A stretch of 64,000 nt of DNA from contig JBGAQA010000027.1 of NCBI GenBank assembly GCA_044220955.1, positions 13,056-77,055 of the forward strand, given 5' to 3'. Source of the DNA: Sandaracinaceae bacterium. GTDB lineage: Bacteria > Myxococcota_A > Polyangia > Polyangiales > Sandaracinaceae. Positions 10,973 to 21,200 of this stretch are shown here, piece after piece. Position 1 is the stretch's first letter. Each line of letters starts with the position of its first letter. The notes beneath the pieces are model-generated. The model was not told the origin of the DNA, searched no databases, and worked only from the letters and a program-made list of their open reading frames with translations. A program made the translations under genes and the position numbers.

Positions 10973-12193
10973 ATGGAGCCGAACTACGAAGATCTCGCCG
11001 AAGAAGGCGGCGTGCTCGAGCTCCCGGCCGAGCCGATGCGCCTCAACATGGGGCCGTCGCACCCGGCGATGCACGGCACCATCCGCATGGTGCTCGAGCT
11101 CGACGGCGAGACCGTCGAGGAAGTGGACGTGCAGCCGGGCTACCTCCACCGCGGCTTCGAGAAGAGCTGCGAGCGCGGCACCTGGACGCAGGTGTACCCC
11201 TACGTGGATCGCCTCAACTACGTCTCGCCGATGCTCAACAACGTCGGCTTCTCGCTCGCGGTCGAGAAGCTCTGCGACATCAAGGTGCCCGAGCGCTGCC
11301 AGTGGTACCGCATGATCCTCGGCGAGCTCGCGCGGATCAGCGACCACCTCACGTGCAACAGCGCCGGCGCGATGGAGCTGGGCGCGTTCACCCCCTTCCT
11401 CTGGTGCGTGAAGGTCCGCGACTGGGTCTGGGACATCCTCGAGCAGGAGACGGGCGCGCGCCTGACGCACTCGTTCGGTCGCATCGGCGGGATGGCCAAG
11501 CCCCCGACCCCATACCTGAAGGACTCGGTCCGCGCGATCATCCCGCAGGTGCACGAGGTGCTCGCGGAGACCGAGTCGCTGCTCCTCAAGAACCGCATCT
11601 TCCTCGACCGCATGCAGGGCATCGGCAAGCTGAGCCGGGAGCGCGCGCTGGCCCTCGGCGTCACCGGCCCCGTGCTGCGCTCGACGGGCGTCGACTACGA
11701 CGTCCGCAAGGCGACTCCGTATCTCCTCTACGACAAGGTCGATTTCGACATCCCGATCGGCCACGACGGCGACAACTACGATCGCTTCATGGTGCGCTTC
11801 GAGGAGATCCGGCAGTCGCTGCGCATCCTCGAGCAGTGCATCGACAAGATGGCCGACGAGGGCTCGGTCAACGTCGACGACCCGCGCGTCGTCCTCCCCG
11901 AGAAGGCCGCCGTGTACTCGACCATCGAGGGCACGATCGCGCACTTCAAGCTGGTGATGGAGGGCTTCAAGCCCCCGGCGGGCGAGGTCTACGCGTACAC
12001 CGAGGGCGGCAACGGCGAGCTCGGCTTCTTCATCGTGAGCGACGGCAGCGGCACGCCTTACCGCGTGCGCGCGCGGCCGCCGTGCTTCTACAACCTCCAG
12101 GCCACGCGGGAGATGATCTGCGGCGAGATGATCGCCGACATCGTCCCCACGTTCGGGTCGATCAACATGATCGGCGGCGAGTGCGACAGGTAG
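10973..12193 (+). CDS. nuoD: NADH-quinone oxidoreductase subunit D
   Basis: NMGPSHPAMHG, GYLHRGFEK, DRLNY, terminal GECDR. Confidence 0.96.
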   Translation: MEPNYEDLAEEGGVLELPAEPMRLNMGPSHPAMHGTIRMVLELDGETVEEVDVQPGYLHRGFEKSCERGTWTQVYPYVDRLNYVSPMLNNVGFSLAVEKLCDIKVPERCQWYRMILGELARISDHLTCNSAGAMELGAFTPFLWCVKVRDWVWDILEQETGARLTHSFGRIGGMAKPPTPYLKDSVRAIIPQVHEVLAETESLLLKNRIFLDRMQGIGKLSRERALALGVTGPVLRSTGVDYDVRKATPYLLYDKVDFDIPIGHDGDNYDRFMVRFEEIRQSLRILEQCIDKMADEGSVNVDDPRVVLPEKAAVYSTIEGTIAHFKLVMEGFKPPAGEVYAYTEGGNGELGFFIVSDGSGTPYRVRARPPCFYNLQATREMICGEMIADIVPTFGSINMIGGECDR

Positions 12194-12197
12194 TCTG

Positions 12198-13784
12198 ATG
12201 CCCAACTTCAAGCTGGATGGCAAAGAGCTTCCCTACGAGCCGGGCGACACGATCATCCGCGCCGCGTGGCGCGCGGGGATCGAGATCCCGCACTACTGCT
12301 GGCACCCGGGGCTGAGCATCGCGGCGAACTGCCGCATGTGCCTCGTCGAGATCAAGAGCGCGCGCCCGATGGCGCTGCCGATCCTCGCCTGGGACGACAA
12401 GAAGAAAGAGTACGTCGAGGCAACGAAGAACAAGCTCCAGCCTGCCTGCCAGCAGGAGATCACCGAGAACATGGAGGTCATCAGCAAGGGCCCGGCCGTC
12501 GAGAAGGCGCAGGGCGCCGTGCAGGAGTTCCTGCTCCTGAACCACCCGGTCGACTGCCCGATCTGCGACCAGGCGGGCGAGTGCAAGCTCCAGGACTACT
12601 GGCTCGAGCACCAGAAGAAGCTCAAGCGCAAGACGGACGAGCCCGTGCACAAGCCCAAGGGCGTGCGCTTCGGCCCGACCATCGTCTACGACGCCGAGCG
12701 CTGCGTCATGTGCACGCGCTGCGTGCGCTTCTGCGACGAGGTCGTGGGCGACCACGTGCTCGACATGCGCGAGCGCGGCAACCGCAACGAGATCTGCCTC
12801 TCGCCGGGGCGCGAGCTCGACCACGCGTACACGCTGATGACCGAGCACGTCTGTCCGGTCGGTGCGCTCACGAGCCGCGACTTCCGGTTCAAGGCGCGCG
12901 TGTGGTTCCTGCGCAGCGCGGCCGGCGTGTGCACGGGCTGCGCGACGGGCTGCAACAGCTGGGTCGACTACGACCCGCGCCAGGACCGGGTCTACCGTCT
13001 GCGTCCGCGCGACAACGCGAACGTGAACGAGTTCTGGATGTGCGACGACGGCATGATGACCTACAAGCGCTTCCACGAGGATCGCATCCTCACGGGGCGC
13101 GTCCGCGAGGGCGACAAGGTCGTCGAGGTCACGCGCGAAGAGGCCATCGCCGCGGCCGGCAAGGCCATCTGGGGGAAGCTCAAGCTCGCGATCGTGCTCA
13201 GCGCCCAGCACGGCAACGAGGACAACTTCGTGCTGTCTCGCCTCGGCGGCTCGCTCGGCGCCTCGCGCGTGTTCCTCGCCGCCAAGAGCGCGGCGGGCTG
13301 GAAGGCCGACGCGATCCTGCGTGACGCCGACCCGAACCCGAATCGCCAGGGCGCGCTCGCCGTGGCCGGCGGCTCGGCGCAGAGCACCGCCGCGCTGGTC
13401 GCGGCCGTGAAGGCGGGCGACGTGGACGCGATCCTCTCGCTCGGCTGGGCGGCCGAGGAGAGCGCGGCCGAGCTCGCGGCGCTCACGGGCGTGCCGCACG
13501 TGAACCTGAGCACGAACATCGGCCCGCTCACGCAGTCGGCGACGATCGTCGTCCCGGTCGCCACGGTGGCGGAGGCGAGCGGCACCTTCGTCAACGGCAA
13601 GGGCGTCGCGCAGCCTTACGCCAGGGCCGTGAGGGCGCCGCTCGGGATCAAGTCCGCGTGGGAGACGCTCGCCGAGATCGCCGAGAAGGCGGGGACCGAG
13701 ATCACCTGGAAGAAGCTGCCCGAGGTGCGCGCCGCCATGCCGTCGTTGCCGACGGCGGCGCCGGCGAACGGGGCGGGGGCCTGA
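12198..13784 (+). CDS. nuoG: NADH-quinone oxidoreductase subunit G (short form)
   Basis: IPHYCWH, NCRMC, NHPVDCPICDQAGECKLQ, CVMCTRCVRFC, CTGCATGC. Confidence 0.92.
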   Translation: MPNFKLDGKELPYEPGDTIIRAAWRAGIEIPHYCWHPGLSIAANCRMCLVEIKSARPMALPILAWDDKKKEYVEATKNKLQPACQQEITENMEVISKGPAVEKAQGAVQEFLLLNHPVDCPICDQAGECKLQDYWLEHQKKLKRKTDEPVHKPKGVRFGPTIVYDAERCVMCTRCVRFCDEVVGDHVLDMRERGNRNEICLSPGRELDHAYTLMTEHVCPVGALTSRDFRFKARVWFLRSAAGVCTGCATGCNSWVDYDPRQDRVYRLRPRDNANVNEFWMCDDGMMTYKRFHEDRILTGRVREGDKVVEVTREEAIAAAGKAIWGKLKLAIVLSAQHGNEDNFVLSRLGGSLGASRVFLAAKSAAGWKADAILRDADPNPNRQGALAVAGGSAQSTAALVAAVKAGDVDAILSLGWAAEESAAELAALTGVPHVNLSTNIGPLTQSATIVVPVATVAEASGTFVNGKGVAQPYARAVRAPLGIKSAWETLAEIAEKAGTEITWKKLPEVRAAMPSLPTAAPANGAGA

Positions 13785-13785
13785 G

Positions 13786-15225
13786 ATGGAGCACGCTCTC
13801 GACGCCTCGACGGCAGAGTCCCTCGGCCTTGGCTGGATGCTCCTCGCGTCCGTCCTGAAGATCGCGTTCATCCTGAGCGTGTCGCTCCTCTTCTTCGCTC
13901 CGGTGTTCGTGCTCTTCGAGCGTCGCCAGAGCGCGATGGTGCAGGACCGTGTCGGGCCGATGCAGGGCGGCATCAAGCTGCCGCGCATCGTCATCGACAA
14001 CATCCAGAACCTCCAGCTCGGCGCCCTGCTCGTCGCGGTCGTCTGCTCGATCATGACGGTCGTGTGCCTGGTCCAGCTCGCGCTGGGGAACGGCGAGTCG
14101 GCGATCTTCACCGAGCCGCTCTTCGGCATCGCCCACACGTGGAACGGTCTCTTGTTCCTCTTCGCGATGCTCGCGCCGGTGCACTTCGTGGCGTGGTTCG
14201 TCCTGCCGGAGCTCTTCACGCACGATCGGCTCACGATCTTCGGCGGGCTGCATGCGCTCTTCGACGCCGTGAAGTCGTTCACCAAGCGCGACTTCGTCCC
14301 GCCGCACGGCGACAAGCTCCTCTTCGCGCTCGCACCCATGATCGCGATGTTCCCGGCGTTCGCCCTCGGCGCGGTGCTGCCGTTCGGGCCGACGCTCTAT
14401 CCCGGTCATCTGCTCGAGCAGGCCCCGCCGGGCGGCTTCGGCGACGGCACCGCGATCCCGCTCCAGGTCGCCTCGCTCAACGTCGGCATCCTCTACATGT
14501 TCGCGCTCGGCGGCACCGGGATCATCGGCGCCGCGCTCGCCGGCTACGCCAGCGACAACAAGTTCGCGCTCCTCGGCGGCCTGCGCGCCGCCAGCCAGAT
14601 GGTCAGCTACGAGGTCACGCTCGGTCTCGCGCTGGTCGGCTGCTTCATGGTCTACGACTCGCTGCGCCTCGAGGACATGGTGCAGTGGCAGGCCGACCAC
14701 GTCTGGGGCGTGCTCGTGCAGCCGCTGGGGTTCGTCCTCTTCCTCACCGCGTCCATCGCCGAGTACAAGCGCGTGCCGTTCGACGCGCCCGAGGGCGAGA
14801 GCGAGATCGTGGCCGGCTACTTCCTCGAGTACGCCTCGGGCAAGTGGCTGATGTACATGATCGGCGAGTTCCTCGAGGTCGCGACGAGCTCGATGCTCAT
14901 CGCCGCGCTCTTCTTCGGCGGCTGGGACGTGCCCTTCCTGCAGGACGGCGGCTGGGAGGCGTTCGGCCACCGCTTCGACCTGCTCGGGACGAACTTCGCG
15001 ATCCTGAGCGAGGTGCTCAACTCGCACCTCGTCGTGACGGCGATCCGGGTCGGGGCGTTCGTCGGCAAGGCCTTCCTGCTCGGCGTGCTCAGCATCCAGA
15101 TCCGCTGGACCTTGCCCCGCTTCCGCTACGACCAGATCATGAGCCTCTGCTGGAAGCTGATCCTGCCGCTCTCGCTCGTGAACGTGCTCGTGACCGGCAT
15201 CTTCATCCTCGCTTTCCAGGACTGA
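13786..15225 (+). CDS. nuoH: NADH-quinone oxidoreductase subunit H with N-terminal insertion
   Basis: ERR...QDRVGP, GGLRAASQMVSYE, RVPFDAPEGESEIVAG, IRWTLPRFRYDQ. Confidence 0.93.
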   Translation: MEHALDASTAESLGLGWMLLASVLKIAFILSVSLLFFAPVFVLFERRQSAMVQDRVGPMQGGIKLPRIVIDNIQNLQLGALLVAVVCSIMTVVCLVQLALGNGESAIFTEPLFGIAHTWNGLLFLFAMLAPVHFVAWFVLPELFTHDRLTIFGGLHALFDAVKSFTKRDFVPPHGDKLLFALAPMIAMFPAFALGAVLPFGPTLYPGHLLEQAPPGGFGDGTAIPLQVASLNVGILYMFALGGTGIIGAALAGYASDNKFALLGGLRAASQMVSYEVTLGLALVGCFMVYDSLRLEDMVQWQADHVWGVLVQPLGFVLFLTASIAEYKRVPFDAPEGESEIVAGYFLEYASGKWLMYMIGEFLEVATSSMLIAALFFGGWDVPFLQDGGWEAFGHRFDLLGTNFAILSEVLNSHLVVTAIRVGAFVGKAFLLGVLSIQIRWTLPRFRYDQIMSLCWKLILPLSLVNVLVTGIFILAFQD

Positions 15226-15238
15226 GCGGAGTCGCACC

Positions 15239-15826
15239 ATGGCGTACAAGATCCACAAGCCTGCGCGCACCGTCGGTGATCAGGTCTACGTCGTCGAGGC
15301 CGCCAAGGGGCTCGGCGTGACGTTCTCGCGCCTCTTCACGAACCTGTTCTCGGCCGAGGAGAACAAGAAGATCGCGACGATTCGCTACCCCGACGAGACG
15401 CGCGACTACCCGGAGCGCTTCCGCGGCGTGCATCGCCTCACGCACCGCACCGACGGCAGCCCTCGCTGCGTCGCGTGCCTCTGCTGCAGCACCGCGTGCC
15501 CGGCGCAGTGCATCCACATCGAGCCCGCCGAGTACGAGCCGGGGGACGCGCGCTACGGCTACGAGCGCTTCCCGAAGGCCTTCGTCATCGACGAGCTGCG
15601 CTGCATCTTCTGCGGCTTCTGCGTCGAGGCGTGCCCCTGCGATGCCATCCGCATGGACACGGGCACGCACGTGCCGGGCTCGACGAGCCGGCAGGACTTC
15701 TTGTTCGACAAGGAGACCCTGATGAGCATCCCCGGCCGCGACGGCACGTACGTCACGGCGAACCCGCGCCACGAGCCGGGCGATCCGGGGCACCCGGGGA
15801 TCGACCGCGAGCACGGCGGGCATTGA
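15239..15826 (+). CDS. nuoI: NADH-quinone oxidoreductase subunit I
   Basis: Two ferredoxin motifs CVACLCCSTACP and CIFCGFCVEACP. Confidence 0.95.
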   Translation: MAYKIHKPARTVGDQVYVVEAAKGLGVTFSRLFTNLFSAEENKKIATIRYPDETRDYPERFRGVHRLTHRTDGSPRCVACLCCSTACPAQCIHIEPAEYEPGDARYGYERFPKAFVIDELRCIFCGFCVEACPCDAIRMDTGTHVPGSTSRQDFLFDKETLMSIPGRDGTYVTANPRHEPGDPGHPGIDREHGGH

Positions 15827-15871
15827 CCTGACCCGACGCGGGTCATACGGTTTGCAGCAGAACGTATGACC
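15823..15871 (+). promoter_or_regulatory. TA promoter with inverted-repeat operator
   Basis: TTGACC-17-TACGGT; GGTCATACG (15841-15849) / CGTATGACC (15863-15871) inverted repeat overlaps the -10 box and the ATG. Confidence 0.65.
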
Positions 15872-16102
15872 GCCCGGACCATCAAGCTCGACCCCGCCCT
15901 CGACCGCGACATCGACGCGCTCGCCAAGAGCCGGAACGTCTCGCGCTCCGTGATCGTACGCGAGGCGCTCGCCGAGTACGTGCGGCGCGAGGGGAAGCCC
16001 CGCTCGTTCATCGACGCGGCGGGCGACCTCATCGGAAGCATCGGGGGCGGTCCTCGGGATCTCTCGACGAACCGCAAGCACATGCGCGGCTACGGCGAGT
16101 GA
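15866..16102 (+). CDS. Ribbon-helix-helix (CopG-like) antitoxin
   Basis: TIKLD....IDALAK.RNVSRSVIVREAL; GPRDLSTNRKHMRGYG tail; directly upstream of a PIN gene. Confidence 0.85.
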   Translation: MTARTIKLDPALDRDIDALAKSRNVSRSVIVREALAEYVRREGKPRSFIDAAGDLIGSIGGGPRDLSTNRKHMRGYGE

Positions 16103-16108
16103 TCGCGC

Positions 16109-16528
16109 GTGGGACTGATCATCGACACCGGGCCGCTGGTCGCTGCTCTGCGCGCGCGCGATGAACACCACGCTTGGGCCGTTCGCGCCCTCAGCATGGT
16201 GCGGCCACCGCTCGCGACGTGCGACGCCGTCGTCTCCGAGGCTTGTTTCCTCCTCGAGCGCGCCGGGCGCAACGACTCCTCGGCGCTCCTCTCGCTCGTC
16301 CTCGACGGCCTGATCATCCCGACGTTCCGTTTCGCAGACGAGGTCCGAGCCGTGGACGCCCTCATGCGGCGATATGCCAGCGTACCGATGTCGTTCGCGG
16401 ACGCATGTCTCGTGCGGATGGCCGAGCTCGATCGGGATCCCACGGTGGTCACGCTCGACGAGGACTTCCGTGTCTATCGCCGCAACGGACGCGGTCCGAT
16501 CCGCGTGATCGCACCCTGGAGCGCGTGA
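16109..16528 (+). CDS. PIN-domain (VapC-type) toxin
   Basis: IIDTGPLVA, SEACFLL, MSFADACLV, TLDEDFRVYR. Confidence 0.9.
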   Translation: MGLIIDTGPLVAALRARDEHHAWAVRALSMVRPPLATCDAVVSEACFLLERAGRNDSSALLSLVLDGLIIPTFRFADEVRAVDALMRRYASVPMSFADACLVRMAELDRDPTVVTLDEDFRVYRRNGRGPIRVIAPWSA

Positions 16529-16530
16529 GC

Positions 16531-16923
16531 ATGGCCTGGGTCAAGGTTCCGCGGGAGCATCACCCGATCTTCCGCGCCGCGCTGCCGAAGGATCCGCGCA
16601 TCGAGACGCTCGCCATGTTCGGCGGCGTCGCGGCGAAGGTGAACGGCAACTTCTTCGCCGGCCTCTTCGGGCGCTCGGTGATGCTCGACCTGCCCGAGAA
16701 GGATCGCGCCGAGGCGCTCGCGCTCGAGGGCGCCGGCCCCTTCGACCCGATGGGCGACGGACGCGCGAAGAGCGACAAGGTGATGCTCCCCGAGGCCTTC
16801 ATGGAGGAGCCTGCCGAGCTGCGCGCGTGGCTGAAGCGCGCCTTCGACGCCGCGGCGAGGTTGCCGCCGAAGCTGCCGAAGAAGGCAGCGGCGAAGAAGA
16901 CGCCAGCGGCGAAGAAGAAGTAG
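16531..16923 (+). CDS. TfoX N-terminal domain protein
   Basis: MFGG....VNGNFFAGL, PFDPMG, W...AF...LPPK, Lys/Ala tail. Confidence 0.8.
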   Translation: MAWVKVPREHHPIFRAALPKDPRIETLAMFGGVAAKVNGNFFAGLFGRSVMLDLPEKDRAEALALEGAGPFDPMGDGRAKSDKVMLPEAFMEEPAELRAWLKRAFDAAARLPPKLPKKAAAKKTPAAKKK

Positions 16924-16952
16924 CCGCTGACTCGTAGTACCGTGCGCCCGCC

Positions 16953-18158
16953 ATGAGCGACGAGAAGGACGACCAGTTCGCGGGGCAGACCTCCGCCACG
17001 CGCGCCGTGCACGGCGGCGAGGCGCGCGATCGTGACCACGCGGGGCACCCGCTGGCCGAGCCGATCATCCAGACCGCCACGTACACGTTCGAGACCACCG
17101 CGGCGCTGGTGGCGCTGATGGAGGGCAAGACCGAGCGCGAGGAGTACGGGCGCTACGGCAATCCGACCGTCCGCACGCTCGAGAAGAAGATCGCCTCGCT
17201 CGAGCAGACGCCCGACGCGATCGCGTTCGCGAGCGGCATGGCGGCGGTGACGACGTCGATCCTCGCGCTCACCAAGAGCGGCTCGCACGTGGTCCTGTTC
17301 TCGGACTGCTACCGCCGCACGCGGCAGTTCGTGAGCAAGGTGCTCGATCGCTTCGGCGTCACCTCGACGCTGGTGCCGCCCGCCGACCTCGACGCGCTCG
17401 AGAAGGCGATCCGCAAGGAGACGCGGCTCATCGTCAGCGAGGCGCCGACGAACCCGTACCAGAACATCGTCGATCTCGAGCGCCTCTCGAGGATCGCGAA
17501 GGCCGCGCGCATCAAGACCCTGATCGACGCGACCTTCGCGACGCCGGTCAACCTGCGCCCCGCGGAGCACGGCATCGACCTCGTCGTGCACAGCGGGACG
17601 AAGTACCTCTCCGGGCACAACGACGTGCTCGCGGGGTTCGTCGCCGGGCCGGAGAACCTCGTCGCGCTCGTGCGCGATCTACGGCACGTGCTCGGCGGCG
17701 TGCTCGACCCGCACGCGGCGTACCTCGTGCTCCGCGGCATCAAGACGCTCGACGTGCGCGTGCAGCGGCAGAACGCCACCGCGCTCGCCCTCGCGCGCAC
17801 GCTCGAGGGGCACCCGCAGATCCGCAAGGTCTGGTACCCGGGGCTGCCCTCGCACCCGCACCACGAGGTCGCGCGCCGGCTCATGACCGGCTTCGGCGGC
17901 GTCGTCACCTTCGCCGTGTCGGGCGACCTCGCGCGGGGCTCGCGCTTCGTCGACGCGCTGCGCATCCCGCGGATCGCCCCGAGCCTCGGCGGCGTCGAGT
18001 CGCTCGTCGAGCAGCCGGCGCTGATGAGCTACTTCGAGCTCTCGACCGAGGAGCGGGAGGCCATCGGCATGACCGACGACCTCGTCCGCTACGCGGTCGG
18101 GCTCGAGGACGCCGACGAGCTCATCGCGGACGTGCTCCGGGCCCTCGAAACCGGCTGA
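16953..18158 (+). CDS. Cys/Met metabolism PLP enzyme (cystathionine gamma-synthase-like)
   Basis: YGRYGNPT, FASGMAA, EAPTNP, DATFATP, HSGTKYLSGHND, SLGGVESL. Confidence 0.92.
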   Translation: MSDEKDDQFAGQTSATRAVHGGEARDRDHAGHPLAEPIIQTATYTFETTAALVALMEGKTEREEYGRYGNPTVRTLEKKIASLEQTPDAIAFASGMAAVTTSILALTKSGSHVVLFSDCYRRTRQFVSKVLDRFGVTSTLVPPADLDALEKAIRKETRLIVSEAPTNPYQNIVDLERLSRIAKAARIKTLIDATFATPVNLRPAEHGIDLVVHSGTKYLSGHNDVLAGFVAGPENLVALVRDLRHVLGGVLDPHAAYLVLRGIKTLDVRVQRQNATALALARTLEGHPQIRKVWYPGLPSHPHHEVARRLMTGFGGVVTFAVSGDLARGSRFVDALRIPRIAPSLGGVESLVEQPALMSYFELSTEEREAIGMTDDLVRYAVGLEDADELIADVLRALETG

Positions 18159-18279
18159 TCCCCGAGGTGCCGGCATCTTCGTCCGGCGGGACGATCCGGG
18201 CCTGGATCCTGCGTTTTGCCGCGTCTATGCTGCGCCGCCCGATCCCGGGCCGGCCGCACGCCAGGCAGCGACGTACCAG

Positions 18280-21200
18280 ATGAGCGACGACACCAAGGAA
18301 GACGGCCCGAAGCCCGCGGACGAGAGCGCCGCCCCCACGGAGGCGCCCGCCGCCGAGGCTCCGGCCGAGACGGCTGCCGCCGAGGCCCCCGAAGCGAGCG
18401 CGGGGGCGGCGGCGCCCGAGGCTCCCGAGAGCGCGGGCACCGCGTCCGGCGCCGAGGACCGACCCGCCAAGAAGTCGAAGAAGAAGAAGAGCGCCGAGGG
18501 CGATGCGACGGACGCCACCGCTGCGGCCACGGCCGAGCCCGCCGCACCGGAGGCCGCCGCTCCCGCGCCCGCCGGTCCCGCGCCCGGGAAGCGGACCGAC
18601 GCCCGCTGGCCGGGCTGGGTGCTGATGGTGGCGAGCCTCGCCGGGCTCTTCATGCTGATGGCCTATCACGAGCAGCTCCCGCGCGGGCCGCTCTGGGGCA
18701 TCGGCCTGACGCTCCTCGCGACGCTCGGCTTCGTCGACGTCATGGGCCTCTTGCGCAGCTCGTCGCTCGACGCAGCGGATCGCGCGAGCGCGATCGACTG
18801 GCGCAAGACCTGGCTCGCGCCGATCGACGCGGAGCCGATGTTCTTCGCGCCGGCCGTGTCGATCCCGACGGCATTCGCCGTCGCGGTGATCGGCGCGCTG
18901 CAGCCGAGCTGGGACCGGCTGCCGATCTTCATGATCGCAGCGCTCGCCGTGCTCGCCCCGGCGGCGATGCGACGCCCCGCGCTGCTCGTGTTCGTCGTCG
19001 GCTCGGGGATCGTGCTCCCGTTCCTCGGCGCGTACGGGCTCTGGGATCCCTGGGAGACGCACTACGGCGAGGTCGCGCGCGAGGTGCTCTCGCGCGACGA
19101 CTGGATCAGCACCTGGTGGGCCCACGAGGAGTGGTTCTTCAGCAAGCCCGTCTTCATCTTCTGGATCGAGGCGCTCTCGATGGGCGCGCTCGGGGTGAAC
19201 TTCCATCCCGACGGGATGATCGCGCCGGTCGACGGCGTGTTCCCGCACCCCGAGTGGGCGCTGCGCTTCCCGCACTACGTCCTCACGCTCGGCGCGCTCG
19301 TCGCGATCTACACGCTGATCTCCCGCGTCTACGGCAAGCGCGCCGGCGCGCTCGCGGGGATCGTCGTCGCGACGCTGCCGCACTTCTTCATGCTCTCGCA
19401 CCAGGCGATCACCGACATGCCGCTCGTCAGCAACATGACGATGGCGATGAGCATGTTCGGGCTCGCCGTGGCCGAGCGCGCGGACCGGCAGGTGCGGGTC
19501 TACCGCCTCGGCCCCGTCGCGATCTCTGCGCGCACGCTGGCTCTCGGTCTGCTCTTCGCGGTCTGCGTCCCGCAGATCCTCTACCTGGCGACGCGCAACG
19601 TGACGCTCGTGACGGGCGGGTTCTCCTGGCACCACGACTCGTTCCTCTTCGGGTCCGGCGGCGGCAACGCGGGCAACCCCGGTAACCCGCCCCCGCGCAC
19701 GGTCGAGCCCTACCTGCAGGGCCTGGGCGCCGAGCCGATCGCCCAGGCGCTCTACTGGTCGCTGGGCCTGTTCGCGATCGTGTGGGCGTACCGCAAGGAG
19801 AAGCGCGCGCAGGCCATCGCCATGCTCGGCTTCTACGTCTTCTGCGCGTTCGCCTTCATGGCGAAGGGCATCGAGGGCTTCGCGCTCCCCGGCATGGTGG
19901 CGCTCTTCTTCCTCGTGGCCTCGCGCCGGTGGGAGCTGCTCCTCGAGGGCCGGCTGCGCGTCGCGCTCGGCATGCTGATCGTGATGGTCGTGGGCGCGCC
20001 CTGGTACGTGGCGATGTTCATCCGCCACGGCAACGCGTTCACCGATCGCATCCTCATCCACGACCACATCAACCGCCTCACCTCGGGCGTGCACGGCGAC
20101 AACGCGAGCATCGAGTACTTCTTCGAGCAGCTCGGCTACGGCCTCTTCCCGTGGATCGCGCTCGCGCCGCTCGCCATCGCCGCGTGGATCCGCTTCGGCA
20201 CGCGCAAGCGCGAGGAGGCGGGGCAGGACCGCGTCGCGGACGCGCAGCGCGACGTGATGATGATCATCGGCCTCTGGGGGACGAGCGCGTTCGTGCTCTT
20301 CTCCGCGATGACGACGAAGTTCCACCACTACATCTTCCCGGCCGTGCCCGCGGCCGGCATTCTCGTGGGCCTCGCGCTCGATCCGCTGCTCGGCAAGGAC
20401 CCCGCGGAGCTCGGCAAGCGCGTCCTCGGCACGCTCGCCGCGATCGTCGCGCCCGTGCTGGTCATCCTGGGCGTCGCGGGCTGGTACGGGGATCCGCGCG
20501 GCCTGACGCCGCTGACGGAGGAGCACCCGGCCGACTGGGTGCTGGCGCACCCCTGGCCCTCCACCGTCGTCTGGGGTCTGGTGCTCGGCGGCGTCGCGCT
20601 CGCAGGGCTCGCGTGGTGGGTGCTGCGCCCGAGCGAGAAGGCGGACTTCACGTCGCGCGAGGGCTGGCTGGCGAGCACGGCGCTGCTGATGGCGCCGCTC
20701 TTGCTCTCGATGATCGGCCGCGACCTCGCGTGGTCCACGGAGTCACATCCCTGGGGTATGGAGCGGCTCATCCACCTCTTCGTCTACAACTACCAGCGCC
20801 CCTGGCCGCCGCACTTCGACTACCGGCCGATCCTCACCGGCTTCGCGATCGTGGCGAGCGTGACGATCGGCCTGGCGGCGATCCGCGAGCTGCGCCCGGT
20901 GATGATCCGCGCGTTCCTCGGGACCGCGCTCGCGCTCTCGGTGTGGAGCCTCGACTTCTACCTCGTCGACCTGGCGCCGCACTGGGGGCAGCGCGAGATC
21001 TTCGCGCGCTACTACGAGCTGCGCGAGGAGGGCGAGCACGTGATCGCCTGGCAGATGAACTGGAAGGGCGAGAACTTCTACACCGGCAACGCGGTGTACA
21101 CGTTCGTCGACCTCGACACGCGGCCGCTCACCGAGTGGGTCTCGCACCACCCGGGCGAGCGCGTCTTCGTGGCGCTCGAGCACTCGCGCGTCGGCAGCCT

